Part shown: positions 40,374-52,058 of the stretch, one piece after another
How the letters are laid out: every line of letters begins with the position of its first letter
Position numbering within the stretch: the stretch's first letter is position 1
DNA from: Trichormus sp. ATA11-4-KO1
GTDB taxonomy: Bacteria > Cyanobacteriota > Cyanobacteriia > Cyanobacteriales > Nostocaceae
DNA: 64,000 nt
Direction: 5' to 3'
Assembly (NCBI GenBank): GCA_019358915.1
Contig: JAHHIM010000001.1
Location: forward strand, 96,001 to 160,000
Position numbers and translations under genes: made by a program
The notes under the pieces: model-generated
What the model was told of the DNA's origin: nothing
The model's database searches: none
Seen by the model: only the letters and a program-made list of their open reading frames with translations

Positions 40374-40646
40374 ATGTTTTTAGTAATTTCCTACGATATA
40401 TCCGAAGACAAGCGCCGCACCAAAATTCACAAAATTCTCAAATCTTACGGACAGTGGATGCAGTATTCCGTATTTGAGTGCGACCTCACCCAGACTCAGT
40501 ATGCTAAACTGCGATCGCGCTTGTCTAAAGTCATCAAACCAGACCAAGACAGCATCCGGTTTTATTTCCTCTGCGCTTGCTGTCAGGGAAAAGTTGAGCG
40601 CATTGGTGGTGAAATGCCAATCAACACCACAGTATTTTTTGCCTGA
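40374..40646 (+). CDS. cas2: Cas2
   Basis: VISYDISEDKRR..YGQWMQYSVFEC. Confidence 0.97.
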   Translation: MFLVISYDISEDKRRTKIHKILKSYGQWMQYSVFECDLTQTQYAKLRSRLSKVIKPDQDSIRFYFLCACCQGKVERIGGEMPINTTVFFA

Positions 40647-40899
40647 GTTTAGCGTCAACCAGTAGGTGTTTTACAAAAAAGTTGAGATTTTGCATCTCAA
40701 AAGCTTATCCCATCTGGGTTTTAACCCTCTAATACCAATATTAAGATTGACGCTAACTAACTAAACCGTTGCTGTAAATGCCTTTGAGGTAATTTTCTCA
40801 AATGTCACTCTTGACAACCCAATGCCTGAAAAGTTATCTTAGGCTGTAATTGACGAAACTGTACCTTGAAAATCAAATATACCAATGCTTTCAGATGCG
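40647..40899 (+). promoter_or_regulatory. CRISPR leader
   Basis: AT-rich; GCGTCAA...TTGACGC inverted motif; TTGACA(40811)-N18-TATCTT promoter candidate. Confidence 0.7.
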
Positions 40900-41151
40900 G
40901 TTCCAATTACTAATAATCCCTATCAGGGATTGAAACCAGACTTTTTATCGGGTTTGGGGGTAGAACCTGTGTTCCAATTACTAATAATCCCTATCAGGGA
41001 TTGAAACTTCAGCAAAAAAGTTATTTTAAAAGCGCTAAGAGACAGTTCCAATTACTAATAATCCTTATCAGGGATTGAAACGATTTTGGACAATTCCCAT
41101 GTCTAGCAGTTTTTGTTCCAATTACTAATAATCCTTATCAGGGATTGAAAC
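40900..41151 (+). CRISPR. type I-D array, 4 repeats and 3 spacers
   Basis: 37-nt repeat GTTCCAATTACTAATAATCC(C/T)TATCAGGGATTGAAAC at 40900, 40971, 41045, 41115; spacers 34, 37 and 33 nt. Confidence 0.98.
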
Positions 41152-41359
41152 TGCTTTTAAACACGTAGAAAAGTCCTGAGAAGGTATCTAGGATAATCAC
41201 TCATACTTCTTCTCTTGCCCGCTTAAAAAGCTATTCTTAACTAGAAATCAAAGATTTTTGTCAGGGTAGGTTGAGGGATAATGCTTACTTACAGCTAATT
41301 TCGTTATCCCTACAACCACCACAATTGCTCTTTTTCTACACTAGGCTACTTAGTTTAAA

Positions 41360-41818
41360 TTAGTCCCAATCGGGGATCATTTCTGCTTCTTCTCCACCAA
41401 TACCAATGCCAGTATGATAGATTTCCGCATCAGTGATAATCATATGATCCATTGATGCACCATACACATTAGAGTCGTAAATTTGAGCGCGAGTCAGATT
41501 TGCACCGTTGAGATTAGCTTGCTTGAAGTTAACGTTGGAAAGCAAAGCCGAGGTTAAGTTAGCAGCTTTCAAGTTAGCGTTTGTTAGGTCTGCTCCTTCA
41601 AGATTGACTCCTTCGAGGTTGGCTCCAGAGAGATTTGCTCCTCGTAAGTCAGCACCAATTAAATGAGCACCTCTAAGGTTAACTCCTGATAAATCGCAAT
41701 CGATACATTCTCTAGTTAAAAGCAGTCTTTGTAAGTCTTGCGAATTCCCAGCGTTAACCGTGCTAGTAAAAAGTAGGGGAGTTGCTAAGGCTAGAACTGC
41801 GAATAGCTGGAGTTTCAT
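41360..41818 (-). CDS. secreted pentapeptide-repeat protein
   Basis: Signal peptide, CIDCDL, A(D/N)Lxx repeats. Confidence 0.92.
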   Translation of the reverse strand: MKLQLFAVLALATPLLFTSTVNAGNSQDLQRLLLTRECIDCDLSGVNLRGAHLIGADLRGANLSGANLEGVNLEGADLTNANLKAANLTSALLSNVNFKQANLNGANLTRAQIYDSNVYGASMDHMIITDAEIYHTGIGIGGEEAEMIPDWD

Positions 41819-42129
41819 ATTTTTATCCCCTTTTTCTGAGATTACATCCGTTCTTTTCCTCACTTTTTTATTATCTCACTAAATTGCTGAAAATTGTTGA
41901 TTTAACACGCAAATTCATTGTGATCTCTAACAGATGTGTTCGTGATGCCAAAAGTACTATTAATTATAGTTTTGGGCTATTACTGACGATAAATTTTGCG
42001 AAACAAACACAATTAAATTAGTGTTAAATATTTTTAAGTGATTGTGCCACTTGGCATAATTGCACATTAGATATTAATCAGTATTTTCCTACTACCAAAT
42101 GGCACTCCGTAAAAGTGATATTTAGTTAC

Positions 42130-42993
42130 CTAAATTACCAAGAATTCACGCATATACTGGTTGACTAAATCAGGCTTTTCTTGCTGTACCCAATGTCCGC
42201 AATGGGGAATATACTTAATTTGTAAGTTTCTGACATAGGTTGTAGTGTTGTAAGTGAGTTCCTTCCCCAGTGCAGTATCGTTTTCTCCCCAAATCATCAG
42301 TGTAGGCACAGTTAAAATTCCCCAATCTTTAGTGATAAAAGACTGTTGAAAAATGTTGCGATAATAGTTCAACATGGCGGGGATAGCACCACGTTTTGCA
42401 GCAGCATCTTTATAAGCATCAATATCTGCTGGAGTGAAAGCACTTTTATTAACTGCTGTGCCTTGAATAATCCTTTCAATTGCCTGATAATCTGAAAATT
42501 GTAAAAGTAATTCTGGTAGCAAAGGTAGCTGAAATAAGAAGATATACCAACTACGTAGCAACTGTTGGGAAGTGCGTAAGCCTTGGGCAAATTTGGCAGG
42601 GTGAGGTAAGTTGAGAATAATTAATCGTTCTAACATTTCCGGGTGAGTATAGGCAAAAGACCAAGCGATCGCACCACCCCAATCATGTCCAACTAAAATA
42701 CACTTGTCGTATCCTAAGCCTTTAATTACACCCTCAATATCTTTAACCAACTCATCCATGACATAAGCTGATTGCTCCTTGGGTTTATCACTATCGTTGT
42801 AGCCACGTAAATCCAGAGCGACGACTTGAAAATATTGGGCGAATTCTGGGATTTGATGCCGCCAAGAATACCAAAACTCAGGAAACCCATGTAACATCAG
42901 CATTAATGGCCCTACTCCTTGGGTGACGTAGTGCAGTTTTACCCCATTGGTATTGATATATTCGTGTTTCCAGGAATTCTGTATTACAGACAT
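42130..42993 (-). CDS. alpha/beta hydrolase (epoxide hydrolase-like)
   Basis: LHGFPEFWYSW, GHDWGG, GHWVQQE. Confidence 0.93.
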   Translation of the reverse strand: MSVIQNSWKHEYINTNGVKLHYVTQGVGPLMLMLHGFPEFWYSWRHQIPEFAQYFQVVALDLRGYNDSDKPKEQSAYVMDELVKDIEGVIKGLGYDKCILVGHDWGGAIAWSFAYTHPEMLERLIILNLPHPAKFAQGLRTSQQLLRSWYIFLFQLPLLPELLLQFSDYQAIERIIQGTAVNKSAFTPADIDAYKDAAAKRGAIPAMLNYYRNIFQQSFITKDWGILTVPTLMIWGENDTALGKELTYNTTTYVRNLQIKYIPHCGHWVQQEKPDLVNQYMREFLVI

Positions 42994-43196
42994 ATGTTGT
43001 ATTTTTCCAGGTATGACGTGAGCATTGTAAAAATTATGTGTTGAATTTTTGGTCGCAACATCTGTTTAGCGACAGTTTTGTGTAGTCATTCTCTGTAGGT
43101 TGAATGATCGGTTAAGTCAGCAAACTGTCACATTAAGTAGTATGCTCAGCCAAAGGGGATTGACAAAAAGCCGTTAATTTGCAAAAGGAAAGAGGC

Positions 43197-43625
43197 GTGA
43201 AAACTCAATTACCGATAGAACATGTAATTAAAACTCTTCAAGAAGATTTGCCGACACTTTTTCAAAAAGATATTTCCTATGACATCTATACACAGGATAT
43301 CTACTTTCAAGACCCTGTGAATAGATTCAAATGGAAATTCAACTACCGCATTATATTTTGGACATTGCGATTTCACGCACGGCTATTTTTTACGCAAATT
43401 TATTTTGACTTGCATGAAATCTCTCAGCCAGCAGACGACACTATTTTAGCCAAGTGGACCGTTAGAGGAGTGTTGCGTGTTCCCTGGAAAGCGCGTCTGT
43501 TTTTCAATGGCTATTCGACTTACAAACTCAACCAAAATAATTTAATATACAAGCATATTGATACCTGGGATCGCCCACCAAGAGAGATTTTACAGCAATT
43601 TTGGCAAAAGAGTGAAGATAGTTAA
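43197..43625 (+). CDS. DUF2358 (NTF2-like) protein
   Basis: YDIYTQDIYFQDPVNRF..HIDTWD; GTG start after AGAGG. Confidence 0.82.
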   Translation: MKTQLPIEHVIKTLQEDLPTLFQKDISYDIYTQDIYFQDPVNRFKWKFNYRIIFWTLRFHARLFFTQIYFDLHEISQPADDTILAKWTVRGVLRVPWKARLFFNGYSTYKLNQNNLIYKHIDTWDRPPREILQQFWQKSEDS

Positions 43626-43689
43626 GTAATTGTTTAGCATTGCTTATTGGTGGGATGATTTGCCTCCCGCAGAGAGGCATAAAACATAA

Positions 43690-44121
43690 CTAATTATTTA
43701 TTGCTAAAATCAAGTCCATCGCATCTTGAATTAATATTTTCTGATTAACTATTTTACCTAATTCGTCTGTTGAATATTTTCCTTCAAAAACTTCTAATGC
43801 AGCCTTTCTTAGTGCTGATTCATAAGCATCTTGTAAGGTTTCTAACAACTCTGCTTCGGTTAAATAATTACCTTGAGATTTTAGTCGTTTATTAGTGCGT
43901 TGAATTTGCTTAACAGAATTTAAAATAGAAGTTTCCCAAGACCTAGTTGTACGGTTTTCTGCTGCTTGTTTAATTAAATGCAATAGCACAATAATTCCAT
44001 AACTAAAAATTTTATTTAATTTGTCAGATTTACTCATTTCCTCCAATTCTTCTACCAATTCCAGAGCATCTGAAATTTTACCCTCTTGTAACAATTCCTT
44101 TAACAGCAACAACTCTTCCAT
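43690..44121 (-). CDS. DUF29-family protein
   Basis: EELEEMSKSD..LLHLIK..RSWETSI. Confidence 0.82.
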   Translation of the reverse strand: MEELLLLKELLQEGKISDALELVEELEEMSKSDKLNKIFSYGIIVLLHLIKQAAENRTTRSWETSILNSVKQIQRTNKRLKSQGNYLTEAELLETLQDAYESALRKAALEVFEGKYSTDELGKIVNQKILIQDAMDLILAINN

Positions 44122-44217
44122 CTTTTCCCTCTCTTCCTTCGCGCCTTTGCACGCCAGTTGCTACAAGTCGGCGGAGCCGCCCAACGCACTGGCTCGACTT
44201 TGCGTGAAATATAACCC

Positions 44218-47106
44218 CTATTTCCTCATAGCCGGGTACTGCTGCAACACCTGCTGCAAATATTGCCCAGTATAAGATTTGGAATTCTTTGCAACTTCCT
44301 CCGGTGTCCCTACAGCAATCACTTCTCCACCTTTATCGCCACCTTCTGGCCCTAAATCTATCACCCAGTCAGCGCAACGAATTACATCTAAGTTGTGTTC
44401 AATTACTAAAATTGAATTACCTTTATCTACTAATCTTTGCAACACATCCAACAACTTGTGGACATCATAAAATGATAACCCTGTTGTTGGTTCATCTATT
44501 AAATAAAGTGTCTTACCTGTAGCACGTCGAGATAGTTCCGTGGCTAATTTTACTCGTTGTGCTTCCCCACCAGATAAGGTTGTAGCCGATTGTCCTAGTT
44601 TGACATAACCTAAGCCGACATCATATAAAGTTTGCAAGCGGGTCACGGCTTTAGGAATATTTTGAAAAAATTCTAAACTCTCCTCAACTGTCATATTGAG
44701 AATATCAGAAATCGACTTATCTTTATATTTCACTTGCAAAGTTTCGCGGTTATATCTTGCACCTTTACAAACTTCGCATTGTACATAAACATCAGGGAGA
44801 AAGTTCATTTCAATAACATTCACACCTTGTCCGCTACAAGCTTCGCAACGTCCACCTTTAACATTGAAAGAAAATTGTCCGGGTTTGTATCCCCTGGCTT
44901 TGGCTTCTACTGTTTGAGCAAATACATCCCGAATAGCATCAAAAATGCCTGTGTAAGTTGCAGGATTAGAACGCGGTGTACGTCCAATGGGAGATTGGTC
45001 GATGACAATTGCTTTATCAACGGCATTTAATCCCTTAATTTCTTGTAAGTGTTTGGGTAAAGGAACTTTTTTGGTGAGATGATGTTGTAATGATGGATAA
45101 AGTAATTCGTTAATTAAAGTAGATTTACCAGAACCAGAAACACCAGTAACAGCGACAAGTTTACCTAAAGGTATTTCGACATCGATATTTCTTAAATTAT
45201 TACGATGGGCATTTTTAATTACTAAACTGCGTCCATTTCCTTCTCGCCGTTCCTGTGGAGTGGTAATTACTCGCCGTCCCGATAAATAAGCACCCGTCAA
45301 AGAATTTTCTGCTGCTAGTAAAGCTTGTAAATCTCCTTGGGCGACAATATTACCACCGTGAATTCCTGCACCAGGGCCAATATCGACAATGTGGTTGGCT
45401 GCACGGATGGTTTCTTCATCATGTTCAACTACGATTAAAGTATTACCTAAATCGCGCAATTTAGTTAAGGTTTTCAGTAAACGTCCATTGTCTCGTTGAT
45501 GTAAACCAATACTTGGTTCATCTAAAACGTAAAGCACCCCAGTTAAACCAGAACCAATCTGCGTTGCTAAACGAATACGTTGAGCTTCCCCACCGGAAAG
45601 GGTCATGGCTGGACGATCAAGGGTGAGATAATCTAAACCCACATCTAACAAAAATTGCAATCTAGCTTTGATTTCCCTCAGGACTAAATCGGCAATTTGC
45701 ATCTGCCGATCGCTTAACTGTAACTGATCAATTCTCTCTCGGCAATCCCGAATCGATACCCCAGTTAAATCTAAGATTCCATATTGTCCCAACCTTACCG
45801 CTAAAGCCTCCGGTTTTAAGCGTTTCCCCCCACAAACCTCACACGGCTGGTCAATCAAATATTGTTCTAATTTTTGCTTAATTAACTCCGAACCACCCTC
45901 ATATTGCCGTTGCAAAATGGGAATCGCACCCTTAAAATTTTGCTTTCTCTGGGCTGCTGTGGTTCCCTCTTCCTGCTCACCATACAACACAGTTTGCTGC
46001 TGTTCTACTGTTAGCTGGTTCCACTTAGCTTGCAACTCAAATCCATGAGACTGCCCCACACTATAAAGCAATTCCAGATAATAAGAATTATCTTTTTCTG
46101 ACCAAGGTGCGATCGCCGCGTAAACTGGTGCTTCGGGGTCAGGTACAATCAAATCTGGCGCAAATCTTTTTAATGTCCCAATTCCGTGACAGTTAGGACA
46201 AGCACCGTAAGGCGAGTTAAACGAGAACAAGCGCGGCGATAATTCTTCCATTACCGCCCCATGTACTGGACAAGCAAAGTTCTCGGAAAATACTAATTCT
46301 TCTTCTTTCTCTTCTCCACTATCAGATAATAAACTCACAAGTATGTTAGCAATACCACCAGATTGCTTTAGACACGTAGAGAGAGAATCGACCAAACGCT
46401 CTTGAATACCTGGCTTTTTCACCAAGCGATCAATAACAACTTCAATAGTATGGGTTAAATTTTTATCTAATTCAATTGAGTCTGACAGTTCGCGTACTTC
46501 CCCATCAACACGCACACGTACAAAACCTTGAGAAGCGAGACTGGATAACAGCTTGCGGTGAGTGCCTTTTTTACCCCGGACGACAGGTGCAAGAATTTGG
46601 AAGCGGGTGCGATCTGGTAAATCTATGATGCGATCGCACATCTCATCAATTGTCTGCGGTGCAATAGAGCGATCGCATATGGGACAATGAGGTTCACCAG
46701 CACGACCAAACAACAACCGCAAATAATCGTAAATTTCTGTTACCGTCCCCACAGTGGAACGGGGGTTATGGGAAGTTGACTTTTGGTCAATGGAAATCGC
46801 CGGACTTAAGCCTTCAATGGCTTCCACATCTGGTTTATCTAATTGTCCCAGAAATTGCCGGGCGTAGGCGCTAAGAGACTCTATGTAACGCCGTTGGCCT
46901 TCCGCAAAAATTGTATCAAACGCCAGAGAAGACTTTCCCGAACCAGAAACACCAGTAAAGACAATCAGGCGATCGCGTGGCAATTCCAAGTCAATATTTT
47001 TCAGATTATGTTGCCTAGCACCCCGAATCCGAATGGTATTCTGGCTGTTGTGGTTAGGGTAGGGAAGATGTCCATTTAAGGATGGGGCTAGCTTTTGATC
47101 TGACAT
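44218..47106 (-). CDS. uvrA: excinuclease ABC subunit A
   Basis: Two GVSGSGKS Walker A motifs, LSGGEAQR signatures, zinc fingers. Confidence 0.99.
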   Translation of the reverse strand: MSDQKLAPSLNGHLPYPNHNSQNTIRIRGARQHNLKNIDLELPRDRLIVFTGVSGSGKSSLAFDTIFAEGQRRYIESLSAYARQFLGQLDKPDVEAIEGLSPAISIDQKSTSHNPRSTVGTVTEIYDYLRLLFGRAGEPHCPICDRSIAPQTIDEMCDRIIDLPDRTRFQILAPVVRGKKGTHRKLLSSLASQGFVRVRVDGEVRELSDSIELDKNLTHTIEVVIDRLVKKPGIQERLVDSLSTCLKQSGGIANILVSLLSDSGEEKEEELVFSENFACPVHGAVMEELSPRLFSFNSPYGACPNCHGIGTLKRFAPDLIVPDPEAPVYAAIAPWSEKDNSYYLELLYSVGQSHGFELQAKWNQLTVEQQQTVLYGEQEEGTTAAQRKQNFKGAIPILQRQYEGGSELIKQKLEQYLIDQPCEVCGGKRLKPEALAVRLGQYGILDLTGVSIRDCRERIDQLQLSDRQMQIADLVLREIKARLQFLLDVGLDYLTLDRPAMTLSGGEAQRIRLATQIGSGLTGVLYVLDEPSIGLHQRDNGRLLKTLTKLRDLGNTLIVVEHDEETIRAANHIVDIGPGAGIHGGNIVAQGDLQALLAAENSLTGAYLSGRRVITTPQERREGNGRSLVIKNAHRNNLRNIDVEIPLGKLVAVTGVSGSGKSTLINELLYPSLQHHLTKKVPLPKHLQEIKGLNAVDKAIVIDQSPIGRTPRSNPATYTGIFDAIRDVFAQTVEAKARGYKPGQFSFNVKGGRCEACSGQGVNVIEMNFLPDVYVQCEVCKGARYNRETLQVKYKDKSISDILNMTVEESLEFFQNIPKAVTRLQTLYDVGLGYVKLGQSATTLSGGEAQRVKLATELSRRATGKTLYLIDEPTTGLSFYDVHKLLDVLQRLVDKGNSILVIEHNLDVIRCADWVIDLGPEGGDKGGEVIAVGTPEEVAKNSKSYTGQYLQQVLQQYPAMRK

Positions 47107-47176
47107 ATCGACTGGCTGATAGTGAGAGGCAGCTTGAAACAATCCTTAATGATACTATCTTTAGTGTGGTTATAGT

Positions 47177-47190
47177 AGAACAATCGTACT
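47177..47190 (-). promoter_or_regulatory. cyanobacterial LexA (SOS) box upstream of uvrA
   Basis: Minus strand AGTACGATTGTTCT fits RGTAC-N3-DGTWCB. Confidence 0.8.
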
Positions 47191-47279
47191 GTTTTAGGTA
47201 GTGATTACTCCACTTTTATGCCGCAGGCATCCTCCCTTGCGTGCTAATTTAAAAGCATCAGAATAAAAAATTATCAAAT

Positions 47280-47309
47280 TCAGGACTGAGATTTATTTCT
47301 CAGTCCTGA
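47280..47309 (-). terminator. hairpin downstream of ycf35
   Basis: TCAGGACTGAGA...TCTCAGTCCTGA. Confidence 0.6.
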
Positions 47310-47377
47310 TAAAAAAGCGGGCTAACCGCTAATAATGTGGTTAACCCGTGCAGCTTTGGGAACGCGCAGAGAAATTA

Positions 47378-47728
47378 TTATTGCAATACCAACTTCACAT
47401 TGGCGTTTTGCAGACCGCGCTGTTTTACTTCAGACAAGGTTTTGTTAACGGCATATTTTTGGTTGATGGAGTTGATCAACTCGGTTTGGTTATGCTTTTT
47501 AGCAACGCCCCACAGGTCAGCGATGAGGTCAAAGGAACCATCGCTATTGCGAGACCAACCTAGATCATATTCGCCTTCCAAAACAGCTACGATGTCTGAG
47601 CGTACACGCTGACCGTTATAACCACGAACATCAGCTTCAGTCTTTACGCTGATACCAAGGTCGCGCAAAGAAGACTTAAGGATTTCAGCATCGGTGATTT
47701 TGGTACGCAGAGTGCTAAAATGAGACAT
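47378..47728 (-). CDS. ycf35: Ycf35/DUF1257 protein
   Basis: MSHFSTLRTKI..VRGYNG..FDLIADLW. Confidence 0.88.
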   Translation of the reverse strand: MSHFSTLRTKITDAEILKSSLRDLGISVKTEADVRGYNGQRVRSDIVAVLEGEYDLGWSRNSDGSFDLIADLWGVAKKHNQTELINSINQKYAVNKTLSEVKQRGLQNANVKLVLQ

Positions 47729-47871
47729 TTGGGTTTCCTCCAGTGAGAAGATTGAGAAAAAAGACAACGGTTTGTTTTTGGGGAAGCCGCGCTGATTAAG
47801 ATGCGGCTTTTTTTCGTAACTGCTAGCTTTTTGGGCTAGCCTTTGCCCCTGGAGTTAGCAGGGGAAAGCTT

Positions 47872-49383
47872 TTAAAACTCCATGCGCTGATATTCAGCAA
47901 CGGAGGCTGCGGCCGGTCGTGCGCGCTGTCTAGCCCAATCCCTTAGGGCTGTTACCTGTTCTTGCATGGTACGAGACAACGGCAGAGTCGCTTTCAGCGC
48001 AGCAATAATATCTAATTGGGTGAACTCGCGGTCTTGGGCAAAGGCTTCATACATTGCCGCCACCAGCGCCTGTTCAATTTCTGCCCCAGAGAAGCCGTCA
48101 GACATCTTGGCTAATTGCTCAAGATCGAAGCGGGATATGTCTTCACGACGCTTAGTGAGGTGGATTTTGTAAATATCCTGCCGTTCTTCGGCTGTGGGCA
48201 GATCCACAAAGAAAATTTCGTCGAAGCGTCCTTTCCTTAAAAACTCTCCAGGCAAGCGTTCCACTCGGTTAGCGGTTGCCATCACGAATACTGGAGATTT
48301 TTTATCCTGCATCCATGTGAGGAAAGAACCAAAGATTCTACTTGAAGTACCACCATCAGAATCTGATGAACCCGAGCTACCTGCAAAGGATTTATCTAAC
48401 TCGTCTATAAACAGAATCGCTGGAGAGATAGATTCTGCTGTTTTTAGGGCATTACGCAGATTGGCTTCACTTCGTCCCACCATTGAGCCGTCGTAAACTC
48501 GACCCATATCTAGGCGTAATAATGGTAAACCCCATAGTCGGGATGTAGTCTTGGCAATTAGTGACTTACCACAACCTGGAACCCCCAGAATCAGCATCCC
48601 TTTGGGTTGAGGTAAACCGTACTCTCTTGCTCTTTCTGTAAATGCATTGGAGCGCTGTTTGAGCCATCTTTTCAGTTCTTCTAAGCCACCTACAGCATCA
48701 ATGGTTGCATCTTCTTCGATGTATTCTAAGATACCATTGCGCCGAATTAGTTGCTTTTTCTCAGATAGAACTATATCTACTTCTTCTTCCGTTAAGCGAC
48801 CTGTAGTTACTTGCGCCTTACGGTACACCTTCTCAGATTCATCTTTAGTTAAACCCAAAGCTGCTCTCAGAAGTTTCTCTCGCGCCTCAGTTGTGAGCCG
48901 TCGTCCACGATTTTGCTCTAGATGGTGAGTCAACACTTTGTTCAACTCAGCCATATCCGGTAACTTAAAGTCGAGTACGACAACTTCTTTTTCTAGCTCA
49001 ATGGGAACCTGTTGCATTGGTGACATCAAAATGATGTTCTTTTGCATTCCCTTGAAACTAGCGATCGCATCACGTAACGACCTTGTTGTGGCAGGCGCAT
49101 CAATAAACGGATGTAAATCTTTAAGAATAAATATACCAGGTTCTCTTTGCCGGATAATCCACTCAATAGCCGCTTCTGGAGAAACAGTATTATGTTGGGT
49201 AACGTTCCGGGGTTGCCCATATTCCACGATGCCGTGAGTTACTGTCCAAACGTATATGCGGCGTTGGGGCTTTAACATTTGGGCGATTGTGGAAATTGCC
49301 TGCTCAGCCCGCTCTTCCTCGGAGGTCACAAGGTAGATTAGAGGGTATTGAGCTTGAATTAGGATATTGAGCTCTTCTTTCAT
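47872..49383 (-). CDS. ycf46: Ycf46 AAA+ ATPase
   Basis: GVPGCGKS, FIDELDK, RKGRFDEIFFVDLP. Confidence 0.92.
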   Translation of the reverse strand: MKEELNILIQAQYPLIYLVTSEEERAEQAISTIAQMLKPQRRIYVWTVTHGIVEYGQPRNVTQHNTVSPEAAIEWIIRQREPGIFILKDLHPFIDAPATTRSLRDAIASFKGMQKNIILMSPMQQVPIELEKEVVVLDFKLPDMAELNKVLTHHLEQNRGRRLTTEAREKLLRAALGLTKDESEKVYRKAQVTTGRLTEEEVDIVLSEKKQLIRRNGILEYIEEDATIDAVGGLEELKRWLKQRSNAFTERAREYGLPQPKGMLILGVPGCGKSLIAKTTSRLWGLPLLRLDMGRVYDGSMVGRSEANLRNALKTAESISPAILFIDELDKSFAGSSGSSDSDGGTSSRIFGSFLTWMQDKKSPVFVMATANRVERLPGEFLRKGRFDEIFFVDLPTAEERQDIYKIHLTKRREDISRFDLEQLAKMSDGFSGAEIEQALVAAMYEAFAQDREFTQLDIIAALKATLPLSRTMQEQVTALRDWARQRARPAAASVAEYQRMEF

Positions 49384-49473
49384 ACAATCGACCTACTTGA
49401 GACCTTATACAGTAAAGACATCGTTTGTTGGTAGTGACAACCGAATCATGAATTGTTCATTCATAATTCTTAC

Positions 49474-49821
49474 CTAGCAAGGAACCAACTCTTCTTCACC
49501 CTTGGGATGAGTTTCATCTTTATCTTTCTCGTCAATGGGTAGATGCTCTTGAGAGACGATTCCTGGTTGATTACCCATAGCAATCAAATCTCCATCACGC
49601 AAGACTAATGAACTCTCGCAGCTTGGACAGGAATAAACTCGGTGAGTTCGCCCATAAGCAGAAGCTTCAACTTCCTCAATTAATTCTGAGTTAGCTAGGT
49701 AGAAAACTAGGGCACGTTCGGCAAGTTCTGACATTGGTTCGGAATCAACAGCTGAACGAATCTTCAGTCTCTTGTGAAGTTCTGGCGACAAATACAAAGT
49801 AACCTTTTGCTTAGCTTGCAT
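49474..49821 (-). CDS. RHH-like protein with CxxC, first gene of the ycf46 operon
   Basis: KQKVTLYLSPELHKRLK; CPSC. Confidence 0.75.
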   Translation of the reverse strand: MQAKQKVTLYLSPELHKRLKIRSAVDSEPMSELAERALVFYLANSELIEEVEASAYGRTHRVYSCPSCESSLVLRDGDLIAMGNQPGIVSQEHLPIDEKDKDETHPKGEEELVPC

Positions 49822-50067
49822 ATAACTCTTTGACGGCCTTACCCGGGTATGTCTATTACGTTATCGGCTGCATTTACAGTTGTCAAGCCATTAAAACGTT
49901 TTGACGGCTTGTTTGTTACATTTATTTACATAATGCAGATTGTTGTTGAGTGACCTAATTATCAACCTAAGTTATCTATAAAACATCTGCTCAATTGTAT
50001 TAAGTACTAGTAAAACATCTCCAAATTTCCCATAGAGATGCTCTGATATAGTACTTATAAAAAATAA

Positions 50068-50622
50068 GTGACTTGGGCAAAAGTTAGAATCATGTCTATC
50101 ACTACAGTAAAATTCTGTAGATCAAAACAAATAATTTATACTAAAATTCTCAGTTTTGGGGGAGCGATCGCTTTGTTTTTCAGCTTGTGCGGTTGTCACG
50201 CAAAAAGTTTCGACAGTTCTGATGTGACATGGAAGACTTATAAAAATTCCCGTTATGGCTTTGAATTTCCCTATCCCAGTAACTGGACTACCTTACCAGC
50301 ACCAGCAAATGATGACGGAGTTGCCTTAGTTTCACCACAAAAAAAGACTGGAGAAATTCGGTCATGGGCAGTTAATCAGTTACCAAAGCCAATCACTCAA
50401 GAACAAGACATCAAAACAACCATCAATCCCAACTTCCAGACAACCCAAGGTGTATCTGGAATACTGCTTGTGGAAATCGACTACCAAACAAGCTCAATGA
50501 CACTGAGTCTAACTCAGAATGAAGTTAAATATTATTGGCAGGGTCGAAGCCACAACCAAGATTTTCCAGATTACTATCGCTTGTTCTACTACATCGCCCA
50601 GCAGTATCGGATTCGCCAGTGA
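50068..50622 (+). CDS. putative lipoprotein with PsbP-like N-terminal motif; start uncertain
   Basis: LCGC lipobox-like; WKTYKNSRYGFEFPYPSNW. Confidence 0.65.
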   Translation: MTWAKVRIMSITTVKFCRSKQIIYTKILSFGGAIALFFSLCGCHAKSFDSSDVTWKTYKNSRYGFEFPYPSNWTTLPAPANDDGVALVSPQKKTGEIRSWAVNQLPKPITQEQDIKTTINPNFQTTQGVSGILLVEIDYQTSSMTLSLTQNEVKYYWQGRSHNQDFPDYYRLFYYIAQQYRIRQ

Positions 50623-50746
50623 AGCAGCAGGGAAAGCAACTAGACTATTATTCTTCCTCATCTTTTACCCCAGAGATCACGCATCTTCACAAGAATCATG
50701 GTGAAGAGGGTACAGAAACCTGATAGATTTAGCTATCAGCGAGTAA

Positions 50747-51913
<1,167 letters not shown>

Positions 51914-51929
51914 GGTAAAGCCTCTGAAA

Positions 51930-51968
51930 AACTGATTGTCATGTCTTAGCACAATATGACAATCAGTT
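51930..51968 (+). terminator. intergenic hairpin between sqdB and sqdX
   Basis: AACTGATTGTCAT...ATGACAATCAGTT. Confidence 0.5.
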
Positions 51969-52058
51969 AATCTCGCCACCCTGAAAACCCAATCGCAACC
52001 CGACATTCTTAAATTACGAATTACGAATTACTGGGATTATTTGCTTGTATAGTCTTTT

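Noticed and set aside
28719..41151. CRISPR-associated transposon (I-D CAST) interpretation of the short-spacer mini-array
   Set aside because: No tns/tniQ genes, cas3' and the HD motif are intact, and the spacer matches the local promoter rather than the tRNA
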